Origin: Yuukianura sp. NJ FZ-2021
Taxonomy: Eukaryota
DNA: 64,000 nucleotides
Direction: 5' to 3'
Assembly: GCA_046563655.1 (NCBI GenBank)
Contig: CM102287.1
Coordinates: 6,572,001-6,636,000 of the forward strand
Each line of letters starts with the position of its first letter. Within the stretch, counting starts at the first letter, position 1. Below the pieces are notes generated by a model. It ran no database searches, was not told the origin of the DNA, and was given only the letters and a program-made list of their open reading frames with translations. Positions 13,997 to 26,400 of the stretch are shown in pieces. Both the position numbers and the translations under genes were made by a program.

Positions 13997-16900
13997 GCAA
14001 GTTGTGTTTGTTAAGTAAGTTTAACAATGATCTGATTTGACAATGACAATTTGACTATGAACTCAAATGAACTTTCGTTATTATGAAAATGTACTGTTTC
14101 ATAACACATGTAATGTGTAATAACAAACAAGGTGAGTTAATTAGCATTAATCATTCTGTCCAGTACCGAAGTGTAATCAAAACTGAAATTCAAATTTCGG
14201 AAACGTGCAGCACATTTTAACTTCAACTAAAAGTTTACTCAAAATTTAAATATTAACAAACTCAGAGCTTTTTAAACTGCGGTTTAAATTAAAAACTTGT
14301 GCATACGCATTAAAAACTGTTTTTGTACTTGAAATTCACATGTTGCCTTTTGTGTACCAATTCTTCTTTTCACACCTCTGCGTCTGGCTTGAGATCTTTG
14401 AGAACTGAACGCTTCTCTGCACTGAGCGACGCACAAAAGTCCATCCCAACTTTTTCTATTCTTTCACGGGGCTTCGTTCACATCTTCTGTGATCTTCCTG
14501 AGGCAGTCTTCTGCTAACTCACAAACAATAACACAAAGCCAGCACACAATGGAGGGTCAACTCTTAGGGGTGAATCACTTCAAAAACTGAAAAACTACAG
14601 ATCACATCACAAAAAATTCAAGCTCACGGAGTTGTTGGTCAAACTGAGCTGAAAGTAGTTCTCGAAGAATCAGTAGTTATTAAAAAATATTGTAGACGTT
14701 TTACGTAAATCCAAAGTAATGCTAACTAATGCATCAAATTTTAAAATTTTGTTAAATCGTGAAAAACAGAATTAAGAAAAACTGTCAAATTTAAATTGAG
14801 GCAAGATTGTGCTAAATTAGTGAAGAAATCCGGAATTATTGAACCTGACCCGAATCCATTTGTATGCGTCAACTCCTTAACCACAACAGGACTGGGCGAA
14901 CTGACGGCAACGTTTTGAAGCGGCGAAATTTTAAAAACGGTTGAAACAGTTTCAGTGTTTTGGATCTTGTCTCTTCAGCAAAAATTTTGAAATCTATGTT
15001 CAAAACCAATTGAAAACAGGATGTTTAAAAATCAAATTGTTTTCAACAGCTTCAACCACAGCTTACCTAGATTAAACGTGAACATGAACATAATAACAAA
15101 GGAAAACATTGGCAAACGACATTCCAAGCACGTTCAATTCAGTTATGGAACTCTTTACCCCCAGAAATAACAAACATCAAGAATTACCAAAAGTTTAAAG
15201 ATTCTGTTAAAACGATGTTAATTAAGAAGCAAGGACATTCCTTAGGTATAAGTGATTAGGAATAAGTAATTAATTTTATAGGATAAGTATAGGATAAGTT
15301 TGCAATGTCATTAACTTTTAATTTTAATTTTAATTTTAAGCGAATACTTTTAAGGAAATAAGTCTTAGGGTTAAGTTAACGAGTAATTTTCTTTTTATTT
15401 TATTTTAAACGTTAAAAAAAACACAATCGAACGGGTTAATGAAAGATTAAAGACTGATAATTCAATTGACAAGATGTAAAGCCACTAGCGTGGGTATCTT
15501 GTCACTAACAATTATGAAAGAAAAATGACAAGAATAAATGGCAAATAAAAAATAAAAAAAAACGTGATTTTTTTTTTTGGTAAATTCTGCTGCTGCACCT
15601 TGAGACAAATTTTGCAATATCTCCAATCTTTAATAATTTTTCAATTTTAAAAAATTTGAAGTGTGCACACCTTCTTTTCAATTGTCAAATTTACGACGGC
15701 TTTTTAAAATTTCACTTCACAGAATTGTCAGTCACAATTTTGACAAGTGACACCGCCATTGCAACTTACTTCTGTTGCAAATTTTTTGACATCCCAAGGC
15801 TGAAAATCTTAAAAAATTAGTTACCAATTTGTTACGTTTGATTTTTTTTTTTCAAAAACTGTGTCCTTGTTCTAAAAAATTGTTGAAACGGATTTTAATT
15901 CGCTTAATATTGAAATCTGACTTGACATCTCTGAGCATTGGACAACTTGAAGATAAAGATCTTTTTCGTAGCAACTTGTGCTGACAAGAACGAAAAAAAT
16001 TGCAACAAATTTTCCCCTTGCTGAATTCAAGTTTTGATGTTTTTGAATTAGTCAAGACAAGAACTTAAATTAAGTAGGGAATCTTTACGATGATCTTAAC
16101 TACAATTAAAGTCTGCAGATGTAAAAGAACAATGAATTGCAAACTGCGCAGAACTTGTTTTTGGTTTTACGCAGCCCGAAAAAATTTCAAGTTTGAAAAA
16201 TTTGTAATAACCCCTCCACATGTGGTGAATTTTGATGTCATTTCCCGTTAACTTACACGAGCAAAGGCAAGCTTAATTAACTACAATATTGAACTAATTT
16301 AAATTTGTTTCGGTTTCGCCGTTACCACAAGACACTTACAAGCCGGATACTAACGGAAAAGACATTGAAGTGTAAAATTAAACTAACTTGTCAAAAAACC
16401 TAACCCAGTATTATCAATCTAACTAACCTAACCCACCCGAAACCAAACGCTACCTTCGTGGCATTCTCGTCAAGCTAACTTCGAATCGTAACTTTGAGTG
16501 CTTAAGTCAGGACAAAGTCATATTTGAATTGAAGTTAAGTTAAAACAAAAGGCTACTCCCAATGAAAAGTTCATAGGAATTAAATAGTAACTTGTTTCAA
16601 TTTAATATGAAGTTAAATTACTTCTCTGTTTGTTGTAAATCTTTTGGAAATATTTTAATTTTCAGTTTTTGTGTGAGGAAGAAAGGCCTCCACCCAGTTT
16701 TGACTTTTTTTCAATTTGCAATTTCCCTCCGGGAACAATAGGCAGGAGGCCCCAGTCCCTCCTACATTAATAATATTGTTAAAAACGTTAATTGCATTTT
16801 TGGAGATTGAACGTTTTGCCCAGAAGGAAAGCGGCGCAGGCGTAGTGGTCAGGCAAGGCAATTTCACAGTCACAAGATGAAGGGCTTTCTGCAACTCTGC

Positions 16901-18868
16901 AACTGGTTTTGGTCTGATTTAAGTAACTCACTAAACCATAAACTAAGTTCACTTAAATGTTGTTCAAGTTGAGTAATTACTTACGATAAACTACCAACAG
17001 TTGTAGAGAAAATAGGAATTTTTGGCGAGGTCAATCGATCTACTAAAAATTCGAATGGCAAGGTGTGGCCAAAAACAAACTAAAAGGACAAGACAATCTA
17101 CAAAAATGGACTCGAATATCGAATTAAAAAATTCGATTGAATGATATCCTGTTACCAATAAAAATTATTGTGAAGTTTCATAGAAAATCGACGAATTGGT
17201 TTTCTTTCACAATCTTTAAAAACTTGGATTTATAAAACTTACTGAATTTTGTTGGCGGCTAGGAATGTCTTTCTCCGAAATTTTTGACTTTGTAAAAATA
17301 AATTATTGAAAAATACATTAAGAAATGAATGAGTGTGGATCAGTTGAACGTGTCGGAATTACTGTTATTGTTCTTTTTGTCTATGTTGATTGATTCTCAT
17401 GATAATTTCTAATCTTAAGTTGCAGTTTTTGCATTCGTATTTCTAGTCTGTTGATACTTGTTCAACCAGTATACTTGACCTTTACTTTATCAAGATGACC
17501 TCTGAGCCTATAGCTACATTTTGAGCAGGCTTAAATCAGTCGGAGGCTGAGGAGAAGGTGTTTGATGGAAAAGTGTGATAGACAAATCTGACGAATAAAA
17601 AGACGTTGATTGATAGCTGATCACTAACCACAAATGACAAACAGTGTTAGATACACACGTTGCACCAAACCACAAACACAGTCTGTTCGAAATTTTTTGT
17701 AAGAAAAAAGTGTTTTTGAACATTTTCTCCAATTACGTATTATTTGAAAAACAAGTTTAAATTGTCTACTCATTTAGAAAAGACGGTACCACCGTCATCA
17801 AAAGACGACACTTCATCTGCTACTACTTTTCTTGTCAAGTTTTTTCCCGAAGCGACATTTTTTGAAATAAAAAATTACACTGTTCATCTGACAAAAATTG
17901 GCTCGTCCCGAGTTAGCTAGTTCGCAGATTTTCTCAGAATTTTATTACGGTAACCTGTAATTTTATGACAAAACTGAAAACCTTTGACCTTGAACTTCTA
18001 AAGGTTTTGTGTTCAGTACAAATGAAGAAAATTGGAGCAGTAAAATGCAGTTCGCACTTAAGTTTGCGAAAAAATGAAACGCAAGTGCGGATTCAAGTTC
18101 ATGCTTCGTTTTTATTTGAAAAAAAAAATACTGCAAAATTGGTTCCTCCGCCTTCATTCTTTTCATAAACTTCAAGATAACTGTTCTGATTTTATTTCTG
18201 TGCAACCCAACGGCACATCATGTAATTGAAGCCTTAATTATAAATTTTCTGCAGACCGAGACAGTTTTCCGTCGCTGATAAGGAAAAAACGACTATTCAG
18301 TTTTTTCCTGCCAAAAAAAAAATGCTTCTTTCCACCAGAATAAAAGTTCAACGAAAATAAAATCGATAGTAAAAATCCGGCTCTTCTGAATAAGTTTTTA
18401 ACTCGAACGTAACAAATCGTTAAAATTGCAGAGAAGAGAAAAATAAACGACCTACTCAATTCGACATCTTAACAATTAAAAACGATCAAAAGATCAAGGT
18501 CTAGTTTCAAACAATTGAAAGTTGTCCTTGTTTGGGATTGAATTTAATTGAGTTTTCAGATAAGTCGCAATTAATTTGCTAATGTCAAATCACATCCATT
18601 TCCTGGTGTTTAATAGAGTTCAAGTCCTGTTTAGTATTCTAGTCCATCGCACGTGGCTCCTCATCTGAGATTTTAAAGAAGACGTCCATTTAGTGACAAC
18701 TTTATGAGAATCGTTGTGTCCATTGTTGTTTCTCTGTCCTCATTCACACACTTCCCTTATAAATAATCTCTTGTACACGGTTTACAAAAGGATAATTGAA
18801 AGTTATTCACCTCATGTTTTGTTGATTTTAATTAAAAACGAAAAATTAAAAATGGCAATGTGTAAAAT

Positions 18869-20796
18869 TTATAATGCAATGGCTAGTCGCAAAGTTGCGT
18901 AGGCAATGATACCAAGTGTAGCAAATGTCGTTGTGCGCCTAAATACTGAGGACAGGCCCATGTCCACTTGAAGCGGGCGACATGACCTCAGGAAGTATTT
19001 CGTATAAAGGCGACCGGTACCCTCTTCCCGCCAGAACCTAACATAGGCCATTGAACTCCGCGTAACATGTGCAGCCAATGGAAAGGTGTAAATCACTCCG
19101 ATGATGGACACGGCGGAAAAGAAAGTAAATAGCAGGAAGTAGAAGATATGGATACTATGATGGAAGCGAATGATCAGTACGTTGCCTAACACAGTCGTGG
19201 TCAACATGAAGGTCAAGCTCATAGGAACTATTCTCCGGCCGAAGAGGCAGTTGAACTCCAAGTTCAGCAATTGGAGTGATCGGTAGATCCGGAAAGATCG
19301 TTCCTCCATGAAAATTCGCCTGAGTCTCCCGCCAGTAGCGTCTTTTCTAAAAAGTCATTGCAAATGGAAGTATTTTAGACTTTGGTTTTGGTTCAAGTCA
19401 TTGAATCACTTACCTGATTCCTTGAATCCATTTTGAGTTGAAGTATAAATACAAAGTTAGAATAATTCCATGGAAGACAAATGCCATAAAAGGTACACTC
19501 AGAATTGCTGCTTCAAAGAGAAACATCAACAACAGTTCAAATACACCACTGTCCAGTTGGTCACTGCTCAGCAGCACTGAAAAAACAGACCTGGAGGATC
19601 TTCTGGATAACACATTTATGAGGAGTATAATTGTCAACATTCCATAACAACCAATCACAGTCACTTTTAGCAACAAGGTCACATTCAAGGTAGGATGCTT
19701 TCGAAGTGTGGTCGAGATCGACTTGACAGGCCATTCTGCGGAAAAAATTAACTGTTAATCTTTATTAAGCCGCGAAAGTAGTTCGCTACTTGATGTTTTT
19801 GTCCGTCCGTCCGTCTGCCTGTGTACTAGTCACAATAACTCTGCAACCGCTGGACCTATTTTCAATCTGTCACACAGATCACTTCTCACAGATCGATACC
19901 TCATGGTCTGGAGTTGATCAAGTGGTTTGCAAGCGGTGGAATTGGGCAACTTCTGGGTCAAAGGTCAAAGTCAAGTACATTTTTGACAAAAATAAAAAAA
20001 ATCACATCTACAAAAGTTCAACTCATCGAAACAATTTACTTTCGTAGCCTTGACCTTTGACTTACAGTTTCGTAGTTATACACGTCACAAGCTTCAAAAC
20101 GGGGTCGCTCATGCTACGCCCGTCTATAACTCTGGAACCACTGGACCGATTTTTAATCTGTCTTCCATATGTAACTTTGCATGGTAAGGAGATGCCCAGT
20201 TCCCATCCGATTGAACCGGAAATGCACAACCGGGTCTGAGCGTACTCCAATTTTCTTCCGCTACTTTAGATACACAGCGTTTACGGCGGTTTAAGTTCAA
20301 GTTGTACTTGTACACACAAATACAGCACTCCATTTAGATTTAAAATTTTGATGTTTCAAAGAAAAATTATTTTTTTACAGATTTCAACTGAAAACATGTT
20401 GAAGTTTCTCGTTTGCTTACTTTGATATCTCGTTTGAAAGTGAATGAGCCGATTCAGAAATGCAGAAATGGAGTCTCTTGAATTAACAAAATGGATGTAG
20501 TAGAACAGACATACTGTGTAACCACTAACCCACAAGTAGTCCAGCACACGTTTTTCAAATTCGGGTTGGTGAATTGAAATTTGGAAAAATCTGATAATTT
20601 GAAAACTAATTACACCCACATTGCTGAGTCCAATAATATAAAACAATAACATTCGAGAGTCTAGCTGATTCAAGGTCGCAAAGTAGCCATCTTTCTTTGG
20701 AATGTACAGTACGTTCACCAAAACAAATTTTGAAAAAACGTTTAAAACAACTCTCAAATCATTAGACGCTGAAGTTGGAAGAGCTGAGCTAGCCAT
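18869..20796 (-). CDS. Gustatory-receptor-like multi-pass membrane protein (~391 aa). Exons 20796-20421, 19735-19414, 19346-18869
   Basis: Three GT-AG exons join in frame (1176 nt) and give about 7 hydrophobic segments. The C-terminus FLRSCRPLQVDMG...TTTFATLGIIAYATLRLAIAL resembles the TM7 region of the arthropod GR/OR superfamily; this family call is an inference. Confidence 0.7.
19762..20297 (+). mobile_element. DINE-1/HINE-like element, copy 2, in intron 1 of the GR-like gene
   Basis: 5' hairpin AAGTAG-TTCG-CTACTT (19776-19791), (GTCC)n at 19801, GGGTCAAAGGTCAA and CTACAAAAGTT blocks shared with the other copies, and a 3' inverted copy CTACTTT (20261-20267). Confidence 0.62.
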
Positions 20797-21774
20797 TATT
20801 TCTATGGCACAAGAAAACAAACTGCCTCGACACTAATGTTCTTCAACAAAAAAATCGATTGATGAACTCTGGAAGATAGCGCGTGGGTTCTATTTCCAAT
20901 GGATCAAGGGCGGGGTGGAATAATTACGAACGAAACCCATTTATAGGGAATCACACGAAATTTGGGGACATCTTTTTGAAACAAAGCTTCAACAAGTCCG
21001 CCATATTCGGTTTACACTGATTATAATCTAATGAATCATTGAGATTAAAGTCTAAATTTCTAGTATTAGAAACAACTTCTTAAATGACACAAACAAGGAG
21101 CGATTTGAATCGATTGAGAAAGTAAACTCAGGGACAATTGCACTAAATTTGGAACTCGTAGGCGAAATCAATACCACTAGAACCTAGGTATCATATTTTT
21201 TTTACTACACAAGCTACACTTGCAGTCGGTATGTTACTAGTTCCAAATTCTCAAGATTCATTATACATACAAGTTGTTGCGTAATTACACAATATAATAT
21301 GCAATTAAATATGTTCATCAAATAATGTTCGCCATAGCGTAAGTTATGCACGTATGCGGACCATATATATTTACTGAAGGAGTTCAAGCAAGAGAAAGAG
21401 TGTGTTAATTACAGACGTCAAAATGGACAAGTTTGGTCGTCTAATTCTGGCTTTTGCTTTTCTACCGCGAATTCTGACATAACTAATAACAAAATATTAC
21501 GTAGGCCTAGGCATCGGGATTTTGTGACTCATTCATCCGAACGGCTGTCTAATAATGCGGAAAATTTTTTGCAGCCTTTTACCGCAAAATTTTTACCACC
21601 AAAGCAGTGATTTTGGCGTAATTAGTTGTGTTTCCTTGTCGGTGTAATTAGTTTATAGATAAAATGAAAGAGGAAGCTTCTTCTGTTAAAATGTAACAAT
21701 TTAATTATAATTCTTATGAAATTTAAGTTTTGGAGGTGTAGGCTAACACTGTAAGTCTGGATTGAGCTTCGGCC

Positions 21775-22929
21775 ATGGAGTCATCCCCGTTGTCCAACGT
21801 TTCGAGCTCACAAGAAATCGTTTCAGCTACCAGCGTTCCTTCTGGATTCTTAATTCTCTTACTTTTAGTTTGTATTTTGGGCTTGATTGGAAATGCAATC
21901 AGTGTAACCATTTTCACGAGACCTGCGCACAACTCTGCAATTGATGCCATTCTACTCTACCTTGCAACAGCCGATTCTTTGCTATTGGTTGTTATGCTAT
22001 TCATGCAATCTGTCGGGTTGGCACGAAAGTGGACAAAAGTTCCACAGGAGTTCATCACTTCAGTATTTCCAATTGCAGCTACCATGGGTAGCATAGGTAA
22101 GGTCAAAGGTCAAAAGTTAATATTCCAATGTTATATTGTATTGGTTTATTTGTAGCTCTCACTTGTTCCGAGTGGCTGATCACCGCGATGAGCCTGGAGC
22201 GACACTTCATCGTCTGCTACCCGCTGAGGGCACGACGCGTCGTTACTCGTCGCAACGCCCTCTACATCATAGCCACAATTGCAGTCGTTTCTGTAACTGC
22301 TAATCTGTTTCATCATTTTTTCCTGGAAGAAGCTCCTGAAGCATCCAATTCGAGTGAAAGGGCAATTTCATCCAACAGCACAACTTCTGTTATGTTAACC
22401 CACGAAGTTTCGAAAACTGCTGCCGTGGTTCATTTTTTGATGAATACAATCGACTCTGCAATTCCAATTGGAATAGTCTTCTTTTGCAATGTCCACATTC
22501 TTATCAAGGTACTGCAGAAATATATCTGTTTTATGAACTAGTATGCTTCTTTCACAATTTAATAAATTTTGATTTTTTTAATAGATTTCTGAAGCGAACA
22601 AATCACGAGCCAATTTGACGAGTCATAAATCAGAGGACATCAATTTGACTAAGACGCTGCTTAGTGTTGCATTTATTTTCCTAACAACCAACATTACGAA
22701 TCTAGCCATTGCAGGCAACTACTTGATCAATCAGAAAAGAATTATCCCATTGGAATTTTTGTCTAACTTCATGTACACTCTCAACTCGGCCATAAATTTT
22801 CTCATTTATGTTCTAACTGGGAAGAAATTCAGAAATGAGGTTTACCAACTTTTGTTTCCTTCAAAACATGTTCAAATGGGAGCATCATCTCTACGACGTT
22901 ACGATACAACTCGCACAACGATTACATAA
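21775..22929 (+). CDS. Class A GPCR, FMRFamide/peptide-receptor-like orphan (~339 aa). Exons 21775-22096, 22156-22508, 22585-22929
   Basis: GLIGN (TM1), LATAD (TM2), SLERHFIVCYPLRA (DRY-like) and NSAINFLIY...GKKFR (TM7/helix 8). The exons sum to 1020 nt in frame. Confidence 0.9.
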
Positions 22930-23014
22930 ACCAGCCGCATGTTCCCGCAAAGTTAAATATAATCTTAACTTGCTTCTGAAATACTTTCCTCTTCTTCAAT
23001 ATACACGTAACATA

Positions 23015-23325
23015 GGGTGTGGCAGCCAAAACTAGACACCTTAAATTTGTTGTTAGGGGTAACCGACGAAAAATGGTAAATAATGGGGGGAGAATTTAGC
23101 CAAATTCAAAAATTGTCAAAAGTCAAAACAATTTTTTACCTACTTCTTTTCTCAACCTGCCTTTGGCAGGTGACTGTGAAACTAAAATAAACTTTTTGGT
23201 TTTGAAAAAAAAATTTTTTACCGAAGCGCAAAAAATTTTTGCGCTTCGGTGCAAGTTTCCTCCCAGAGTTACGAAAATAAACAAAATATTTATAATTGAG
23301 GTGTCTACTTTTGGCTGCCACACCC
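23015..23325. mobile_element. Tourist-like (PIF/Harbinger-type) MITE, 311 bp
   Basis: TIR GGGTGTGGCAGCCAAAA(C/G)TAGACACCT at both ends, a 3-bp flanking duplication ATA (23012-14 and 23326-28), and no coding capacity. Confidence 0.8.
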
Positions 23326-23466
23326 ATACATAAAAACATTAATAATGTTTTATTAAATGTTGCGCTGTAACTATCATCGATGGAACCGAGTTAATTTTAC
23401 AATTAATTTTACCATATATAAATTACATAATAATGTTTTAAAAATATATCTGTTACATCATTCAGT

Positions 23467-26400
23467 TTAGTACTTTGCGTAGATACCGATTTCTGCTTCA
23501 ACAGCTTCTTTGAAAATATCGGACTTGGCTGTAAACGTATTTTCTTGGTTAAAAAAATTCTGCTCCAATTCGTTCATTTTTTCTTGAATTTCGCCTTCTT
23601 TACGAATTTGATTATACAAGCCTTCATGAATTCTATACAGCTCGTGCTTTCCTGTTGCTGCTTTTGACTCTGTAAATTTCGTGCTGGCAATCGACGTTAA
23701 AGAACCAAATACAAATGGCTTGAAAATAGAATATCCCGAGTTCGCAGTTCCTGTAAACCAGTGTACGCACAATCCAGAGTTTCTCAAAACCGAAACTTGA
23801 CTCGACGTCGTCGCGAATCCACCTAAAAAATACCAGCATTATGATCACGTTAATATTTCATGATCAACTTGTATTAAATAGTACTACTGCTCTTCGTCAC
23901 CTCCGTAACCACCCATGTTGATCTCCTTATTGCGAAGAATATTCATCATTCTTTTGGCATCCAGTTTTTGATCAGCGGAATTTTGCCGCAGAAGCTCACG
24001 TCCTTGACGAAATCTAAAAAATTAAAATGATTCGAATGCATCAAACAGTATTGGTATTTGCAAATCCACAATCTCACCTTCCACAAGACTCTCCATAGCC
24101 GAAGATGCTAGCAAAATTAAATTCCGTGGACGGATTCCATCCAAAGTGCAACTCCGCCTCTGACTTCAAGCTGGGACTCATCAGATCTACTTGAGATCCA
24201 ATTGTTAGCCCATTGGAAATGTTCCGATAGCCTTCTTGTATGCGTTCAGCTGCCCAGTACTTCCCAACTGTTTCGAGGATCCACGCCTCATTAGGATCAG
24301 CAATGAGGAAACTGTTGTGGTACGTCAAATCTTTCGTATTCGAGCACGGGCCTCCTTGGCCATGCACGTCAAGTAGAGTCGTTATTACGTCCAGTGCTTC
24401 TCGAGCAGATCGTCCACGTTCTAGTCCTAATCGAACCAAATCCATTCCAAGAAGTTTCTTCTCTTCTTCCGGCTCCACTTTACCCCAAACGGCTTCATTC
24501 CCAATACACACGCCGGAGCTGTTTGATCCCATTTCCGCCCCCCACATCCAGTTCGGTTTACTCAAAATTACTGCAAGTGTTTCTGGAACCTGAAAATTTG
24601 AAACATTAGGTTAAGCCCCGGTTACAGGACAGCCTGGCAAAAAAAAGGTCCTGGCAAAACAAAATAGTTTTGACTAGCCAAAACACACGCTAGCAAAACG
24701 GTATGCAAAACTGAGAATGCTACCTCGCTTTGCCAGGGCCTTTGCTATGCGGTTTACATGACTTTGCCATCATATGATTTTGGTTGGCAGACTGAGATTG
24801 CCGGAACTCTAAATTTAAAAAAATAATTGGTTAGTTCCATTTTTGATTGTTTAATCAGCTATTGAATTATAAGTACTCGTAATTGTTTAATTCATCTAAC
24901 CTAACTAATAAACCAATTATCATGAGTGACAACAGTGACGACGAGAGCTTAATACTCCTGACTGCTGCGACAATTTTGTTAAAGAAAAGGGGACGATCAG
25001 TAAGAAGAACTAGGGTAAACCCGTATCTACGAGATCGGCCAACCAAGGGAAGATATTTCACGGATGTAAGATGTTTTTAAAGATAAAAATATGAAAAATT
25101 CTTCTAAATTTTAATTCTTCTAAATCTAAAACTCTTCTAATTTTCTAACCTGTAACAGTTTGAAGATATGCGAGCAGTTGAACATACTTTCAAGGAGAAT
25201 TTTCATATGAGTCCTGTACAATTTGATGATTTACTTGAATTGCTAACTCCACGACTAACTCCGAAGAAATTATCAAGACCGGATAGTATATCAGCGAGGG
25301 AGAAATTAGCAATTACTCTCGAGTAAGTAATTGGGTCGTATTATCTAACCTATCCAAATCCAAATTAATCTAAAGTTTGTGAACAACCCGTTTTCTGTAT
25401 CTACTAGATTCCTTGCTTCCGGAACTTTTCAAAGGCATATTGCTTCTTGCTATCGTGTGAGCAAGGCGACCGTCCGGGGCATTATTGAGTCTACATGTCA
25501 GCATATCTACGAGATTTTGTCTCAGCAGTTTCCTAACGTTGCAACAAATAATGGAAATGGGTTAACATACCGTAAATGCTCTAATGCAAGCGCGTATTCT
25601 AATATAAGCGCATACTCTAATGCAAGCGCGGTTTCAGCGGGGGCAAATTGCGATATAAGCGCGGTAGATAACATGAGTTTAAAGCAGAGCCTAGAGCAAA
25701 GTGACATCATCTGTTTAACTTCTATGTTGCTAATTTGACTCAAATCAAAATGTAGCACTTAAATACAAGTTTTAAAAATGGTGTAAGTAAAAGACGATCG
25801 TTTGATCTCAGTTTTAAGTTAAAAGTGGTTCAGTACGCTTCTACTAATACCACGGATGGTACCGCAGCTCACTTCGGAATAAACCGAAAACAAGTCTTCA
25901 GTTGGCTGAAGCAAAAGGATAAAATCGGTAAAAATTAAACTAATTTTAGCTTTCGACTCGATAAAACAACTTTCTAAAAAAGCAGACAAAATGGTTTACG
26001 ATTGGATTTTAAATCAGCGCACCAACCAGCAAAGTGTCTCCTTCAAATCTATTCGTGTGAAAGCTAGGGAATTCTACTCTGCAGTGCTTCAAACAAACGA
26101 ATTTCAGGCCAGCAGTGGTTGGGTACAAAAATTTATGAAGCGCCATGACCTCAGTTTGAGAAAGAAAACGTCGTTGGCTCAAAACGGTCCACATTCGTTA
26201 TTTGAGAAGTTTGTTGAGTTCGTCATGTACACTTCCAACCTCGCTGTTACGAATAAAATTTCCAACCCAACTATTATTGCCATGACTGGAATATTTTTTG
26301 ACATGCCAAGTATTACTACAGTGGGCACAGTTGGAGGAGGCTTGAAGAAAGCAACAGTGACACCAGCGACGAATGGGATAACTATTAATTGAATTTTGGC

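Noticed and set aside
25538..25738. ORF tail with [17 protein letters not shown] repeats
   Set aside because: Read-through into the TIR and subterminal repeats of the nested pogo element.
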